Virus record (IMG/VR): IMGVR_UViG_3300005512_002353
Reading direction: 5' to 3' (one strand)
Source of the DNA: a virus
Lineage: Duplodnaviria > Caudoviricetes
Length of the DNA stretch: 64,000 nucleotides
Below the pieces are notes generated by a model. The model was not told where the DNA came from, did not search any database, and saw only the letters and a program-made list of their open reading frames with translations. Below are positions 20,001-30,433 of the stretch, piece by piece; position 1 is the first letter of the stretch, and each line of letters opens with the position of its first letter. A program made the translations under genes and the position numbers.

Positions 20001-23000
20001 TGGAAATTAATTGAAAGTTATAGTAAAAATGATTTCCAAGGAACGATCAGAGATCAATTAGATCAGGCTATCCAATATGTCAATGAGGGCAAAGAAAATT
20101 CAATGCCGTTTTATTGGTCAGACACAATACCATGTGGTGATGTCTATACAGAAACAAAGTATACAGTAACAGCAATTGATGATGCAATATTTGATCTTAC
20201 TCAAACCTATGACTTTACTAAAGCAAACTACCGAGGTCTATTAGTTTACTTAAATGATGTTCAATTGTTAAAAGATACAGACTACACAGTTCCTGCTAAC
20301 GCGGCTCGAATTAATATATCGGCAACACTAAACACAGGTGATGTGCTGGTAATCAGAGAATATGAAACAACAGCAGGGTCATACTTACCAGCAACACCAA
20401 CAACATTGGGCATGTATGGTCGTTGGGATCCGGAGATTGTCACAGACAACACCTACATAGAACCACAGACTGTTGTTATTGGCCATGACGGTTCTAGAAC
20501 TGTTGGCTTTGGTGATACCAGAGATGACTTATTGTTAGAATTTGAAAAACGCATCTACAATAACATTAAAGTGTCAAAAGATGATGAGCTACCATTGAAA
20601 TATGAAGACGTAGCACCAGGTAAGTTTAGAACAACAGATTACACACAAACTGAAATTACTGAGATACTAGGCACTGACTTCCTGTCATGGGTAGCATGGA
20701 ATAGATTAGACTATAAAGCACAGACATATGACGCAAATGATCAAAAAACATGGAACTATTCATCGGCAGAAGATACAGTTGACGGTGAATTACTACTAGG
20801 ACACTGGAGAGGTATTTTTAACGAGTTTTATGATACTGATACTCCGCACACGCATCCATGGGAAATGATTGGGTTTACAGAAAAACCTGAATGGTGGAAT
20901 ACAAAATATGGTCCTGCACCTTATACGTCAGGCAACGAAGTTCTATGGGATGATTTTGAAGCAGGTCGTGTCTGGGATGGTGTTGATACCTACACTGTAG
21001 ACACGAGATACAAACGTCCAGGACTAACATCAGTTATACCTGTTGACGATGAAGGTAACCTAAGAACAGCATTTGACACAATGACTGGCAAGTATGACAG
21101 CCTAAGTCTTAAGAAGTCTTGGGTAGTTGGCGATCACGGTCCTGTAGAAACAGTATGGCGTAGATCTAGTTCTTGGGCATTCAGTGTAATGCGTTTACTA
21201 GCACTGACCAAACCAGCAGAGTTCTTTGCCCTATACGCAGATAGAGACTTATACAAACGTAACACTGCATTAGATCAAATTGTTTGGAACGGACGTTCTA
21301 GAATTAGAGCAGAAGATATTACAATCTACGGTGCCAGCACACCTAAACATTCTTATATCAACTGGTCAGTAGACTATGCTCGTAAACAAGGTATTGATAC
21401 TAACACAGAAATTAAACAAGTATTAGAAAACATGGATGTTCAACTTGTCTATAGAATGGCAAGTTATTCAGACAAAGAATACTTGAAAGTGTTTACTGAA
21501 AAAACATCGCCTAATTCAAACAATACAAGTTTATTATTACCTGATGAAAGTTATGAAATATTCTTACACAATAACGAAGTGTTTGACACAGCAGAATATT
21601 CATCAGTTATTATACAAAAAACAGATGATGGTTGGGCAGTGTATGGTAATTCAAAATTAAATCCATACTTTGAAATATTCACAAGTATTCCAAACGGTAA
21701 TTATAAAACAGTTCAAGTAGGCTCAGAATCAGTAAGGGTGTCCAGCGACTTTGAAACTACTACAAGTAAAGTTCCATACGGTTATGTGTTTACTAATCGT
21801 TCAACTATGTGTGACTTCTTAATAAGTTACGGACGTGCCCTAGAAGCAAAAGGTATGGTGTTTGATGACACAGACAACAATTACCTGCTTGATTGGACAC
21901 AAATGATCCGTGAGTTCCTCTACTGGAGTCAACAAGGCTGGACCACAGGTTCGTTAATCAACATTAATCCTAATGCTAACAAACTTTATTTAGAAAGAAG
22001 TCAAGCAGTGGTTGCTCCAATTATTGGTCAGACAGCAGATGACTTTATATTAAATCAAAATCTGAGAGCAATTTCGAACAGTGATCTGGTGTTTAATAGA
22101 CAAGAAAATCAATTCGAAGTTAAGACCACAAACGAAAATGCCATATCATATGCCAGGATGAAGATGACCAGTTACGAACACGTTCTGGTGTTCGATAACA
22201 AATCTATCTTTAATGATCTAATATATGATCCAATCACAGGCTCAAGACAAAATAGATTAAAATTAGTTGGTTACAACACAGGCGACTGGAACGGTAACAT
22301 CGAAGCACAAGGGTTCATATTCAACTTTGACAATGTTGTTGAGTGGTCAGGTGTTAACAGATACAGCAAAGGCGACATAGTTCTTTATAAAAATGTTTAC
22401 TACACAGCTGGTGAATCAGTTCCGCCTAGCGATAAATTTGATTATTCAAAATGGTTAGAAACAGAATACGATCGAATCAAGAAAGGTCTACTACCTAACC
22501 TTAGCCTTAAAGCAGATCAATTACGTGACTACTACGATCATAACATAGCAAACTTAGAAGCAGATGCTGATCAGTTAGGTTTCCACTTAGTGGGCTTCAC
22601 AGAAAGAGATTACTTGGCCAACATGGGGCTGAGTGATATCAGTCAGGTCAGAGTCTATGAAAACTTTATTGGTAACAAAGGAACAAGACGTGCAGTTGAT
22701 CTATTTAAATCAGCAAGATTGCCTAAAGAACTGGCAACATATAATGTCTCAGAGAACTGGGCGGTCAAGCAAGGCACATATGGTGCGTCAGCAAACAGAA
22801 GTTTCTATGAACTACGCTTAGACGAAACTAAGATGAGTTCTAACCCATCAACAATAGCACTGTCAGCCAGTGAGCAGTTAGATGTTGATCAGACTGTGGT
22901 GTTATCAGACATTTATAAACAGAGTTATAAAATAGCATCTGCAAACGTATTACCAACCACAGACTATGTGTCAAGTGAGAACAATTTACCAACAGCAGGT

Positions 23001-26000
23001 TACGTCAACACAGATGATGTTGACATTCAAACTTGGAATTTAGATAACCTAGGCTTAATTGCTCCATTTCTAGAAACACTGGGAGAAGGCACAACAATAT
23101 GGGTCGCCAAAGATAATACATATGATTGGAATATCTATAGAGCATCAATAGTTGAGCCAAACTTATTAACAGTAACAGATAACCTAGACGGCACATCCAC
23201 CCTGGCATTCCGTGACAGTCATGGTCTAGCAAAAAATGATATCATTGTAGTTAGATTCTTTGATGCCGCAATTAACTTTGCCTATAGAGTCCAGTCAGTT
23301 CCAGCTCTGCACAAAGTGGTGATTAATCAATCATTGCCAACGGACATTACATTCATTGAAAGCTCAGGCATTGTGTTTAAACTTAACTCAGTGAGAGTAG
23401 CACAACCAAGTGATGTTGCTAATCTACCTTTTGTCAATGAATTAGATCCAGGTAATAGAGTTTGGGTCAACGACAACGGTTACGACGGCTGGCAAGTTTT
23501 AGAAAAAACAAATCCATTTACAAAAGAAAACTCATTTGAACCATATGGTGTTACAGAAAATTCGTTAACTGACGAAACACTGGTCAATACTAACTTTGGA
23601 GCAAGTGTGGCACAGAATGCAGAGAACTTGACTGCTTTAGTGGGTGCTGACAATTATGATTCAGGCACAGGTGCTGTGTTTACCTTTGTTGAAACTGCTA
23701 ATAATGAATTTGCACAGAACTCAATATTAACAGGTGGCACTATCACTAACTTAGAAGGCTATGGTAATGATATTGCTATGGCAGATGAAACATGGGCAGT
23801 GGTAGGTGCTAGTGAATCTAACAATGGCGAAGGTTATGTAATGATTCTCAAACAAGAGAACACAAATTTAATTACAGAACATCAATTAATTGTTAATCCA
23901 AGTGACGCCAACGATGAAGCGGCCTTTGGACATGCTGTGGCTATCAGTGATGATGGTCGTTGGATGTATGCTAGTGCCCCTGGCAAAGATTCAGTGTATG
24001 CTTTCCAAAGAGTAGATAGACAACTACAAAGATTTACAACCACCGGTAACGGGTCAACAACACAATATGATCTCAGTGATTTCATCCTGGCAGATGAACC
24101 AGATCAAATAGCAGTTGTTGTCAATAACGTTGAGTTAGCGGCCAACGCATATACATTTACTAGCTCAGTGTCCTCGACAGGTATATTGACATTAGACACC
24201 GCGGCCGAAGATGGCAAGTCAATAGCAGTAACTAGGAAAGAAAGTGTAAACCTTGAAGGTGATGGTTCAACAACTGAATTTGATATTTCAGGATTATACA
24301 CAGCAGATGGTGAGTATTCAATCACTGTGTTTGTGAACGGTGTGCTACAAAGATTAAACATTGACTATGATTTTGCCTATGATTCATCTGACACGTTTGC
24401 ATTTGCCACTGCACCTGCAGATGGTGCTACAATAGTTGTTCGTTCGAGCGATTACTTTGAATATGTTTCAACGATCGTAGGCACCAAGGGTGAAGACTTT
24501 GGCTATAGTATCGCAACCACAACAGATGGTAGACAGGTGTTAGTTGGTGCCAGACAGGCAAACGGTCAAGGTAAAGTATATGTCTATGACAGAGATGTCG
24601 AAAGATTTGTAGTAACAGATGATACAGATAAGACATACCAAACAGATAAATCACCATTGGGCAGAGCTACTGTTTCTATTAATGGCGAATACATATCAGA
24701 CTCATCAAGATACTTTGGTGGTGCATATACTATCTCAGGTAGCACAGTTACACTAGCAACAGCACCAAACATAGGTGACTTTGTAGAAGTTGAAACTAAT
24801 AACTTCTTATTATTAGATACAATAGAAAAAATTGATTCATTTGCTGATGCAGAGTTTGGTTACGATGTAACAATATGTCCAACTAACTGTTCAGTATATG
24901 CGTCAGCACCAAGTGATGGCTTAGTTGGTCCTTATCAGGGCTCAGTGCAACGTTCAGTAAATCAATCGAGACTGTATGGCACTATCACAGGCACTACAAC
25001 GAACCCAACAGTTACACAAGGCGACAAGATTAGAATTAATAATGTTGTTGTAGAATTTACAGGAACGACTTTAGATCAGGTTGTAACAGATATTAACAAT
25101 GCTATAATACCAAACGTTACAGCATCAAAAACCAATAACAAATTAACAATCAGCCTGACAAACATTAATGCAGGTGAGATTGCTAACAAACTGTATGTTT
25201 ATCCTGCAGGTGATTCAGCAGATGCACTAGATGATCTAGGTTTAGAAATATTTAAAAATGTTCAGACCATCACAAGCCCAGAGCCAGTTAATAATGCTTA
25301 CTTTGGTCAGAGTTTATCTGTAAGTTCAGATGCACTTACTTTAGTAGTTGGTTCACCAAGAGGTGTAAGCAAATTACCAACAACATTTGATTCAGGCACA
25401 ACAGAGTTTGACGGCAATGCTACAGAGTTTAAACAGATAAGAGTTCAGAGCGGTTCAGTTTATACATTTGACTATCTAGGGTCTGCTCCAGAAACAATTA
25501 CTAACCCGGGTAAGTTTGCATTTGGTCAACAGATTGCTGATATCAGTGTTGGCGAACTAAGCGAGTTTGGACATGCTGTTGATTACAGATCAGGTTCAGT
25601 TATTGTTACAAGTCCAGGACACGAGGCAAACGACAACTCAAGTGTTGTAGGTAGAATTGCTATTTGGAATAATCTAGATAGAGCATTTGCTTGGAAAGTG
25701 ATCAGAGAAGAAGCATCAGTGGTAGATATAGAAAAAATTAACGCAGGTTTCATCTACGATAGACTAGACAAAGAAATTAAAACCACACTAGATCATTTTG
25801 ATCCATTACAGGGTAAGATACTTGGTGCTGTTAGACAAAACATTGACATCATAACAGCAACAGATCCAGCTCAATATAATCAAGGTGCTGTTAAAAACTC
25901 AGGACAAACCTGGGGTAAAGAGCATGTTGGTAAGATATGGTGGGACATAGAAAACATTAGATTCATTAATTACTATCAAGGTGATCCAGAATACAGAGCT

Positions 26001-29000
26001 AAACGTTGGGGTCAAGTTTTCCCTGGCTCTACAGCAGAGTTGTATGAGTGGACAGAAAGTTCACAACCACCTGCTAACTATGCTGGTGCAGGAACAGTGT
26101 TGTCTCAAACATCTTACAGTGTGAGGACTAATGTAGCACCAAATGGAACAATAGAAACCAAATACTACTTCTGGGTCAAAGACAATCCAGCATTAGCCAA
26201 AGGTAAAACACTAAGTTCTGCTACAATGAAAGCATACATTGAAGATCCTAAGTCAAGTGGTATTGCATATTTTGCTCCACTGTCAGGGTCAACAGTTGCG
26301 TTATACAACACAGCAAGTTATCTAAGTGCCAGAGATAGAATCATGCACATTGAGTTTGATAAGGTTAAAACAGATAACAATGTTCACGTTGAATATGAAT
26401 TAATTAAAACAAATGACCCAACTGAGTTCTTAAGCACACAGTTATACAAAAAGTTTGTTGACAGTTATGCAGGTTCCGACTCGATTGGTAACAAAGTTCC
26501 TGATCCATTCTTAAGTGAAGCAGATGCATATGGTGTAGAATTCCGTCCTAGACAGTCAATGTTTGAAGACAGATTCAAAGCACTTAAAAATTATATCACT
26601 AGAGCAAACGCAGTGTTTGTAGATCATCCTATTACAGAAATGAGAACACTTGAAATACTATCAAGTGAAGAACAATTACCTGCCGCAGGTAATGGTGCGT
26701 GGGATAAAAAATTAAACACATATGATGAATTAACATATCAAGATTTAAGACTAGTGGCAACTGGTTACAAGTATCTTGTTGTTAATGATTCAACAAATGG
26801 CAATTTATGGACTATCTATGAAGTTCAGGCAGACGATTCTTTACTGTTAACCAGAGTTCAGAACTACAAAACATCAAACTACTGGTCATATGTTGATTGG
26901 TATGCTACAGGCTACTCGAACTTAGATAAACCTAAAGAAGAAGTAGCAACATATTCTAGACTAGCAACAGTTGAATCAAAAGTGTCAACAAGTGACATTG
27001 TTAAAGTTACTGCTAATGCTGACGGTAAGTTTGAGTTGTATGAAAGAACAACAACAGGATGGGATCGTATTGGTCTAGAAGATGGCACGATTGCAATAGA
27101 CTCAAGCATTTATGACTATAGTCTAGGTAGAAATGGGTTTGATGTTGAGGTATTTGATGCACAGTATTTTGATGCTGAGCCCGTGTTAGAAACTAGACAG
27201 ATCATTAAATCAATCAATGATGAAATACTGATTGACGATCTAGCAGATCATAGAATTGATTTAATTAATTTAACATTTGAATATATCAAGAGTGAACAAA
27301 CTGCTGTTAACTGGTTAATGAAAACTTCATTAGTTGACATACAGCATACTCTAAGAGATTTAATACCATACGATATTCTACAAACAGATAACCAAGAGTT
27401 CGTTGAGAAATATATTGAAGAAGTTAAACCTTACCATGTTCAGATCAAAGAGTTTACTTTAAAATATAATGGTGACGAACTATTCCAAGGTGATGCAACT
27501 GACTTTGACTTACCTGCACAGTATGACGCAGTTGAAGAAACATTTATCAGCCCAAGACTGTCGAGTGACGGTGCTGTCGGATCATACTTAGGTAACTCGG
27601 CAATATGGTTATCAGGCCCATACACATCATGGTATAACAACTATTCTCTAAGTATTGATTCTGTTACAATTACAGAAGGTGGTTCAGGATACTTAACAGC
27701 ACCTGCTGTGACCGTAACAGGCACAGCAACAACCACAGCAGTTCTTAAAGCAAGACTTAATACAGCCGGCGAAGTGGTTGAGATTGAAGTTGTTAACGCA
27801 GGCGAAGGATACACAGAACCACCAACAATTACAATATCAGGTGGATCAGGTTCTGGTGCAACAGCAGTTGCTATTACTAGCCCAGGCGCAGTGCGTTCAT
27901 ATAAAACCACAATCAAATATGATAGATATGAATATCAATCAGAGATTGTTGACTGGACAGCAGGAACCACATATGATGCAGGTGATCTTGTAAGATATAA
28001 TAATAAAGTTTACAGAGCTAAAAATGAAGATGACTCAACTCTAGTTGTGTCAGGTGCAACATTTGATCCAGATGATTTTGAAGTAGTCACAGCAGACGAA
28101 CTAACAGGTGTCAACAGAACCAGAGGTTTTTATGCACCAGCAATCAATGAACCAGGTATTGATCTAGGTTTATTAATAAATGGCATCGATTACCCAGGTG
28201 TCCAAGTTGAAGGTCCAACATATAGCCAGAACACAGGGTTTGATGTTGGTAACTATGATATTAATCCATGGGATAACTTAGACTTTGGTGATGAAGGACG
28301 TCCAAGTTATTCAGAAACTATACTTGATACAAAATATGCTCCAGGTGACTATACTGACACATATCTAGGAACACTAGCAACAGACATTAATGTTGATGGT
28401 GGTGCTTATATTGATACTTACTCAAGTCATTCACCAGAAGAACTAGTTCCAAGTTCAATCTTTGACACATTAAACATCAAAGTGTTTACACGTCCAGGTT
28501 TTGACTATGATGGTGATGGACATGGTGCTCCATACAAATCAGAAATGTTTGAGTATGCTGGCACTGAAACAACATTTAGTTTTGCTAACTTAATTGAAAA
28601 CCCGTTTGCTGTTAGAGCATTTAATGTAACCACAGGTTTAACATTGAGATTTGAATATGTTGATCCAGCAGTTAACACAGTTGACTACACAGTAGATTGG
28701 AAAAACAAAACAATTACATTCAACGGCAACGGCATTTCAGTTGGTGATGTTTTAAGAATTGAATCATACGGCATTGGCGGCGGCGATCAACTATGGGTTG
28801 ACAACTATAACGTTGCTGACTACTTGATAGATGATTCGAGTGAAGGTTTATACATTGATGTTCCTGTTAAGTTTGAAGAAATATATGAAGCGATGATCAA
28901 ATGTAATGGTTCACGTATTACAAACTATACATTCTCATCCATAGACGACTATACAACAAGGATTACATTTGGCACACAAGATATGGATGGTGACGGTAAC

Positions 29001-30419
29001 CCAGATCCAGACAAAGTAAAATACTTTGGCACACAACCATTGACAGAAGATGACTACTTACACGTTGCTATCTTTGGTTACGATGGTGATGATTCAACAG
29101 TTCCAGGATATATTACACACGACGAATCCTTAGTTCATACTTCAAGTCATCCAACATCACAGATCATCTATGCTGACGGAACATCAACTGACTATGAACT
29201 AGAAAATGATATTCAGGGACATAACGCATTTACAGCAGTAGTAGAAGTAGACGGCAAACGTTTAACACCTGCAGAAGGCATTGAATACACAGCAGACGGT
29301 TCGAGTGAAGGCCCATTCTACTTAAATGTAAGGAACTGGAAAACAACAGAAGATCTGTTCCAAACATTAATTGCTGACAATGAGGTCCATGTGTTTGTTG
29401 GTTATACTAAACTTAAACTATATGAAGACTACACAGTATCAGCAGTAGACGGAAGTTCCGTTAGATATGTTGTATTAAATGAAGCACCAGCGGCTGGAAC
29501 TGCGATTAAGATCTTTGTTGAAACAGCGGCCGACTACAAGATATCATTCAGTGGCGAACCAGAGTCATGGCGCAATAGATTAATATTCAATACCGCTCCT
29601 ATCAATGGGGCAAGGGTATTAGTCACAACAGACAACAATACAAGTGAACTTGATCTATTGAATAAATGCTTCAATGGCCCGACAGCAATTGGACAAACAT
29701 CGTCAATTGGTTATGATCAACTTGGGTTTGATTCAGACACGTTTGATGAAACAACAGGTTCAGTTGTTGATCTTGCACAATATGATCTAGATAGAACAAT
29801 CACACGTCCTGATAGACTGCGTGTAACAGTTAACGGTCTACGCAAATATCTTGGTCGTGACTGGAGAATAAACGCCGACGGTCAAACACTAGAGTTCCTG
29901 TCAACAACAATCAGTGATAATGACATAGTTGTGGTAACTCTACAGACTGAGAAACAGGTTCCAGATACATTAGACTTCTCAATCTTTAAAGACATGAGAG
30001 ATAACAATGCTATCTATAGAATCAACAATGACTATAGAACAACATTGACACAGGCATTGGCCGCAGATGATGACACAATTTATGTGTTAGACGCAAGTAA
30101 ATTGTCAGAACCAGACTTAGCAAACAATGTATTTGGTCAGGTCATAATCGATGGCGAGCGTATAACTTACCGTGAGCGTGATGTGACTAATAACACACTA
30201 AGCGGACTACGCAGAGGTGTTGCAGGAACAGGTGCAGATAGCCATGCAGTTACAGCAACAGTATATGATCATTCTGCAGGAACATATTTAGATTACTCAT
30301 ACAGCAAAACAATGTATGAACTACCTACAGTAGATGATGGATCAACTGTAAGAACCGGTAAGAGTTTACAGGATGCAAACACAGTTCCTGCTAAGTTCTT
30401 AAGGGGTGAAAATTCATAG
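17025..30419 (+). CDS. giant (4464 aa) baseplate wedge / virion structural protein (gp7 position) with FG-GAP propeller, CBM5/12-like and repeat modules
   Basis: Uninterrupted 13.4-kb ORF after gp6; N-terminal 'LLPEIFRT...FL' gp7-like; internal FG-GAP-type and GGSGY repeats. Confidence 0.7.
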   Translation: MATTRIRSVDLLPEIFRTETNKKFLASTLDQMIQPSRLQRVEGYVGRGYGLGVNPADNYVLEPNKERTDYQLEPAITYKVANTDKTRDLITYPELLDAIQVHGGDVSRHDRLFSSEFYSWDPFVDYDKFVNFGQYYWLSSGPDPVDVQATEIATSDSYAVTRLDDGYNLEGQAGDNPTITLVRGGNYTFEVEQTGNPFWIQASPGTDGTLTQTPNISARTILGVTNNGEDNGTVTFNVPDSTAQNFYYNLNDLGDVDLATDLKFDQINNRYVDEFLADTDGIDQIRDLDGRTLIFLSRNTETDPELSGWRITDQFDNANFDTTNYAQETAISTSAQRYSVWRIEYVAGPDGRNYIKLNSTLSVPQNSKVEIQYGSVNSSRTFWKNAEGFFEEQPLLTATMDQLWYQDGNDATKFGVIKIVDQADQLTLDVEDDIVGKTGYTSPNGVAFTNGLKVKFRGTTEPADYQDKEYYVEGVGTAIKLLAVADFKTPEEFTNSETLPFDSTAYDASPWDESLNAPKDADYYTINRASLDKNAWTRSNRWFHVDVINKTAEYNNSVAILDQNLRAKRPVVEFKAGLRLYNYGTLGKEEIDIIDLNQTDALSNVNGKVGYSTNGYALVDGSRVIFANDLDPEVRNKIYQVELIDEDGVSSTDKIINLTVASDGVVATDDVVYLSSGATLQGKTYRYNGTSWVEAQQKTTVNQAPLFDIFDVNGRSLGDNTYYPSTNFKGTKLFSYAEGSGAVDPILNQRLKYLNIDNVGDIVFDNNLEKDTFTYTVDSTSTTKSINFGFVHNYSSRTAYDQEIGWKKHNNKSIQYQALTFTWAGVDLVCDVPAKTSVENPVIVYVNNVYQEPSRYSYTVSSTQTTVTFATNYIPKTGDNIVIQIQSDVASSAGFYEVPDNLANNSPNGSFNDITLGTIRNHYIDLAQHITKLSGQVLGKNNIRDLGDVVPYGNKIVQQGSPLQLAATFTRDSNINFFEALNYASREYEKYKWKLIESYSKNDFQGTIRDQLDQAIQYVNEGKENSMPFYWSDTIPCGDVYTETKYTVTAIDDAIFDLTQTYDFTKANYRGLLVYLNDVQLLKDTDYTVPANAARINISATLNTGDVLVIREYETTAGSYLPATPTTLGMYGRWDPEIVTDNTYIEPQTVVIGHDGSRTVGFGDTRDDLLLEFEKRIYNNIKVSKDDELPLKYEDVAPGKFRTTDYTQTEITEILGTDFLSWVAWNRLDYKAQTYDANDQKTWNYSSAEDTVDGELLLGHWRGIFNEFYDTDTPHTHPWEMIGFTEKPEWWNTKYGPAPYTSGNEVLWDDFEAGRVWDGVDTYTVDTRYKRPGLTSVIPVDDEGNLRTAFDTMTGKYDSLSLKKSWVVGDHGPVETVWRRSSSWAFSVMRLLALTKPAEFFALYADRDLYKRNTALDQIVWNGRSRIRAEDITIYGASTPKHSYINWSVDYARKQGIDTNTEIKQVLENMDVQLVYRMASYSDKEYLKVFTEKTSPNSNNTSLLLPDESYEIFLHNNEVFDTAEYSSVIIQKTDDGWAVYGNSKLNPYFEIFTSIPNGNYKTVQVGSESVRVSSDFETTTSKVPYGYVFTNRSTMCDFLISYGRALEAKGMVFDDTDNNYLLDWTQMIREFLYWSQQGWTTGSLININPNANKLYLERSQAVVAPIIGQTADDFILNQNLRAISNSDLVFNRQENQFEVKTTNENAISYARMKMTSYEHVLVFDNKSIFNDLIYDPITGSRQNRLKLVGYNTGDWNGNIEAQGFIFNFDNVVEWSGVNRYSKGDIVLYKNVYYTAGESVPPSDKFDYSKWLETEYDRIKKGLLPNLSLKADQLRDYYDHNIANLEADADQLGFHLVGFTERDYLANMGLSDISQVRVYENFIGNKGTRRAVDLFKSARLPKELATYNVSENWAVKQGTYGASANRSFYELRLDETKMSSNPSTIALSASEQLDVDQTVVLSDIYKQSYKIASANVLPTTDYVSSENNLPTAGYVNTDDVDIQTWNLDNLGLIAPFLETLGEGTTIWVAKDNTYDWNIYRASIVEPNLLTVTDNLDGTSTLAFRDSHGLAKNDIIVVRFFDAAINFAYRVQSVPALHKVVINQSLPTDITFIESSGIVFKLNSVRVAQPSDVANLPFVNELDPGNRVWVNDNGYDGWQVLEKTNPFTKENSFEPYGVTENSLTDETLVNTNFGASVAQNAENLTALVGADNYDSGTGAVFTFVETANNEFAQNSILTGGTITNLEGYGNDIAMADETWAVVGASESNNGEGYVMILKQENTNLITEHQLIVNPSDANDEAAFGHAVAISDDGRWMYASAPGKDSVYAFQRVDRQLQRFTTTGNGSTTQYDLSDFILADEPDQIAVVVNNVELAANAYTFTSSVSSTGILTLDTAAEDGKSIAVTRKESVNLEGDGSTTEFDISGLYTADGEYSITVFVNGVLQRLNIDYDFAYDSSDTFAFATAPADGATIVVRSSDYFEYVSTIVGTKGEDFGYSIATTTDGRQVLVGARQANGQGKVYVYDRDVERFVVTDDTDKTYQTDKSPLGRATVSINGEYISDSSRYFGGAYTISGSTVTLATAPNIGDFVEVETNNFLLLDTIEKIDSFADAEFGYDVTICPTNCSVYASAPSDGLVGPYQGSVQRSVNQSRLYGTITGTTTNPTVTQGDKIRINNVVVEFTGTTLDQVVTDINNAIIPNVTASKTNNKLTISLTNINAGEIANKLYVYPAGDSADALDDLGLEIFKNVQTITSPEPVNNAYFGQSLSVSSDALTLVVGSPRGVSKLPTTFDSGTTEFDGNATEFKQIRVQSGSVYTFDYLGSAPETITNPGKFAFGQQIADISVGELSEFGHAVDYRSGSVIVTSPGHEANDNSSVVGRIAIWNNLDRAFAWKVIREEASVVDIEKINAGFIYDRLDKEIKTTLDHFDPLQGKILGAVRQNIDIITATDPAQYNQGAVKNSGQTWGKEHVGKIWWDIENIRFINYYQGDPEYRAKRWGQVFPGSTAELYEWTESSQPPANYAGAGTVLSQTSYSVRTNVAPNGTIETKYYFWVKDNPALAKGKTLSSATMKAYIEDPKSSGIAYFAPLSGSTVALYNTASYLSARDRIMHIEFDKVKTDNNVHVEYELIKTNDPTEFLSTQLYKKFVDSYAGSDSIGNKVPDPFLSEADAYGVEFRPRQSMFEDRFKALKNYITRANAVFVDHPITEMRTLEILSSEEQLPAAGNGAWDKKLNTYDELTYQDLRLVATGYKYLVVNDSTNGNLWTIYEVQADDSLLLTRVQNYKTSNYWSYVDWYATGYSNLDKPKEEVATYSRLATVESKVSTSDIVKVTANADGKFELYERTTTGWDRIGLEDGTIAIDSSIYDYSLGRNGFDVEVFDAQYFDAEPVLETRQIIKSINDEILIDDLADHRIDLINLTFEYIKSEQTAVNWLMKTSLVDIQHTLRDLIPYDILQTDNQEFVEKYIEEVKPYHVQIKEFTLKYNGDELFQGDATDFDLPAQYDAVEETFISPRLSSDGAVGSYLGNSAIWLSGPYTSWYNNYSLSIDSVTITEGGSGYLTAPAVTVTGTATTTAVLKARLNTAGEVVEIEVVNAGEGYTEPPTITISGGSGSGATAVAITSPGAVRSYKTTIKYDRYEYQSEIVDWTAGTTYDAGDLVRYNNKVYRAKNEDDSTLVVSGATFDPDDFEVVTADELTGVNRTRGFYAPAINEPGIDLGLLINGIDYPGVQVEGPTYSQNTGFDVGNYDINPWDNLDFGDEGRPSYSETILDTKYAPGDYTDTYLGTLATDINVDGGAYIDTYSSHSPEELVPSSIFDTLNIKVFTRPGFDYDGDGHGAPYKSEMFEYAGTETTFSFANLIENPFAVRAFNVTTGLTLRFEYVDPAVNTVDYTVDWKNKTITFNGNGISVGDVLRIESYGIGGGDQLWVDNYNVADYLIDDSSEGLYIDVPVKFEEIYEAMIKCNGSRITNYTFSSIDDYTTRITFGTQDMDGDGNPDPDKVKYFGTQPLTEDDYLHVAIFGYDGDDSTVPGYITHDESLVHTSSHPTSQIIYADGTSTDYELENDIQGHNAFTAVVEVDGKRLTPAEGIEYTADGSSEGPFYLNVRNWKTTEDLFQTLIADNEVHVFVGYTKLKLYEDYTVSAVDGSSVRYVVLNEAPAAGTAIKIFVETAADYKISFSGEPESWRNRLIFNTAPINGARVLVTTDNNTSELDLLNKCFNGPTAIGQTSSIGYDQLGFDSDTFDETTGSVVDLAQYDLDRTITRPDRLRVTVNGLRKYLGRDWRINADGQTLEFLSTTISDNDIVVVTLQTEKQVPDTLDFSIFKDMRDNNAIYRINNDYRTTLTQALAADDDTIYVLDASKLSEPDLANNVFGQVIIDGERITYRERDVTNNTLSGLRRGVAGTGADSHAVTATVYDHSAGTYLDYSYSKTMYELPTVDDGSTVRTGKSLQDANTVPAKFLRGENS

Positions 30420-30433
30420 TGGATAAATATAGT

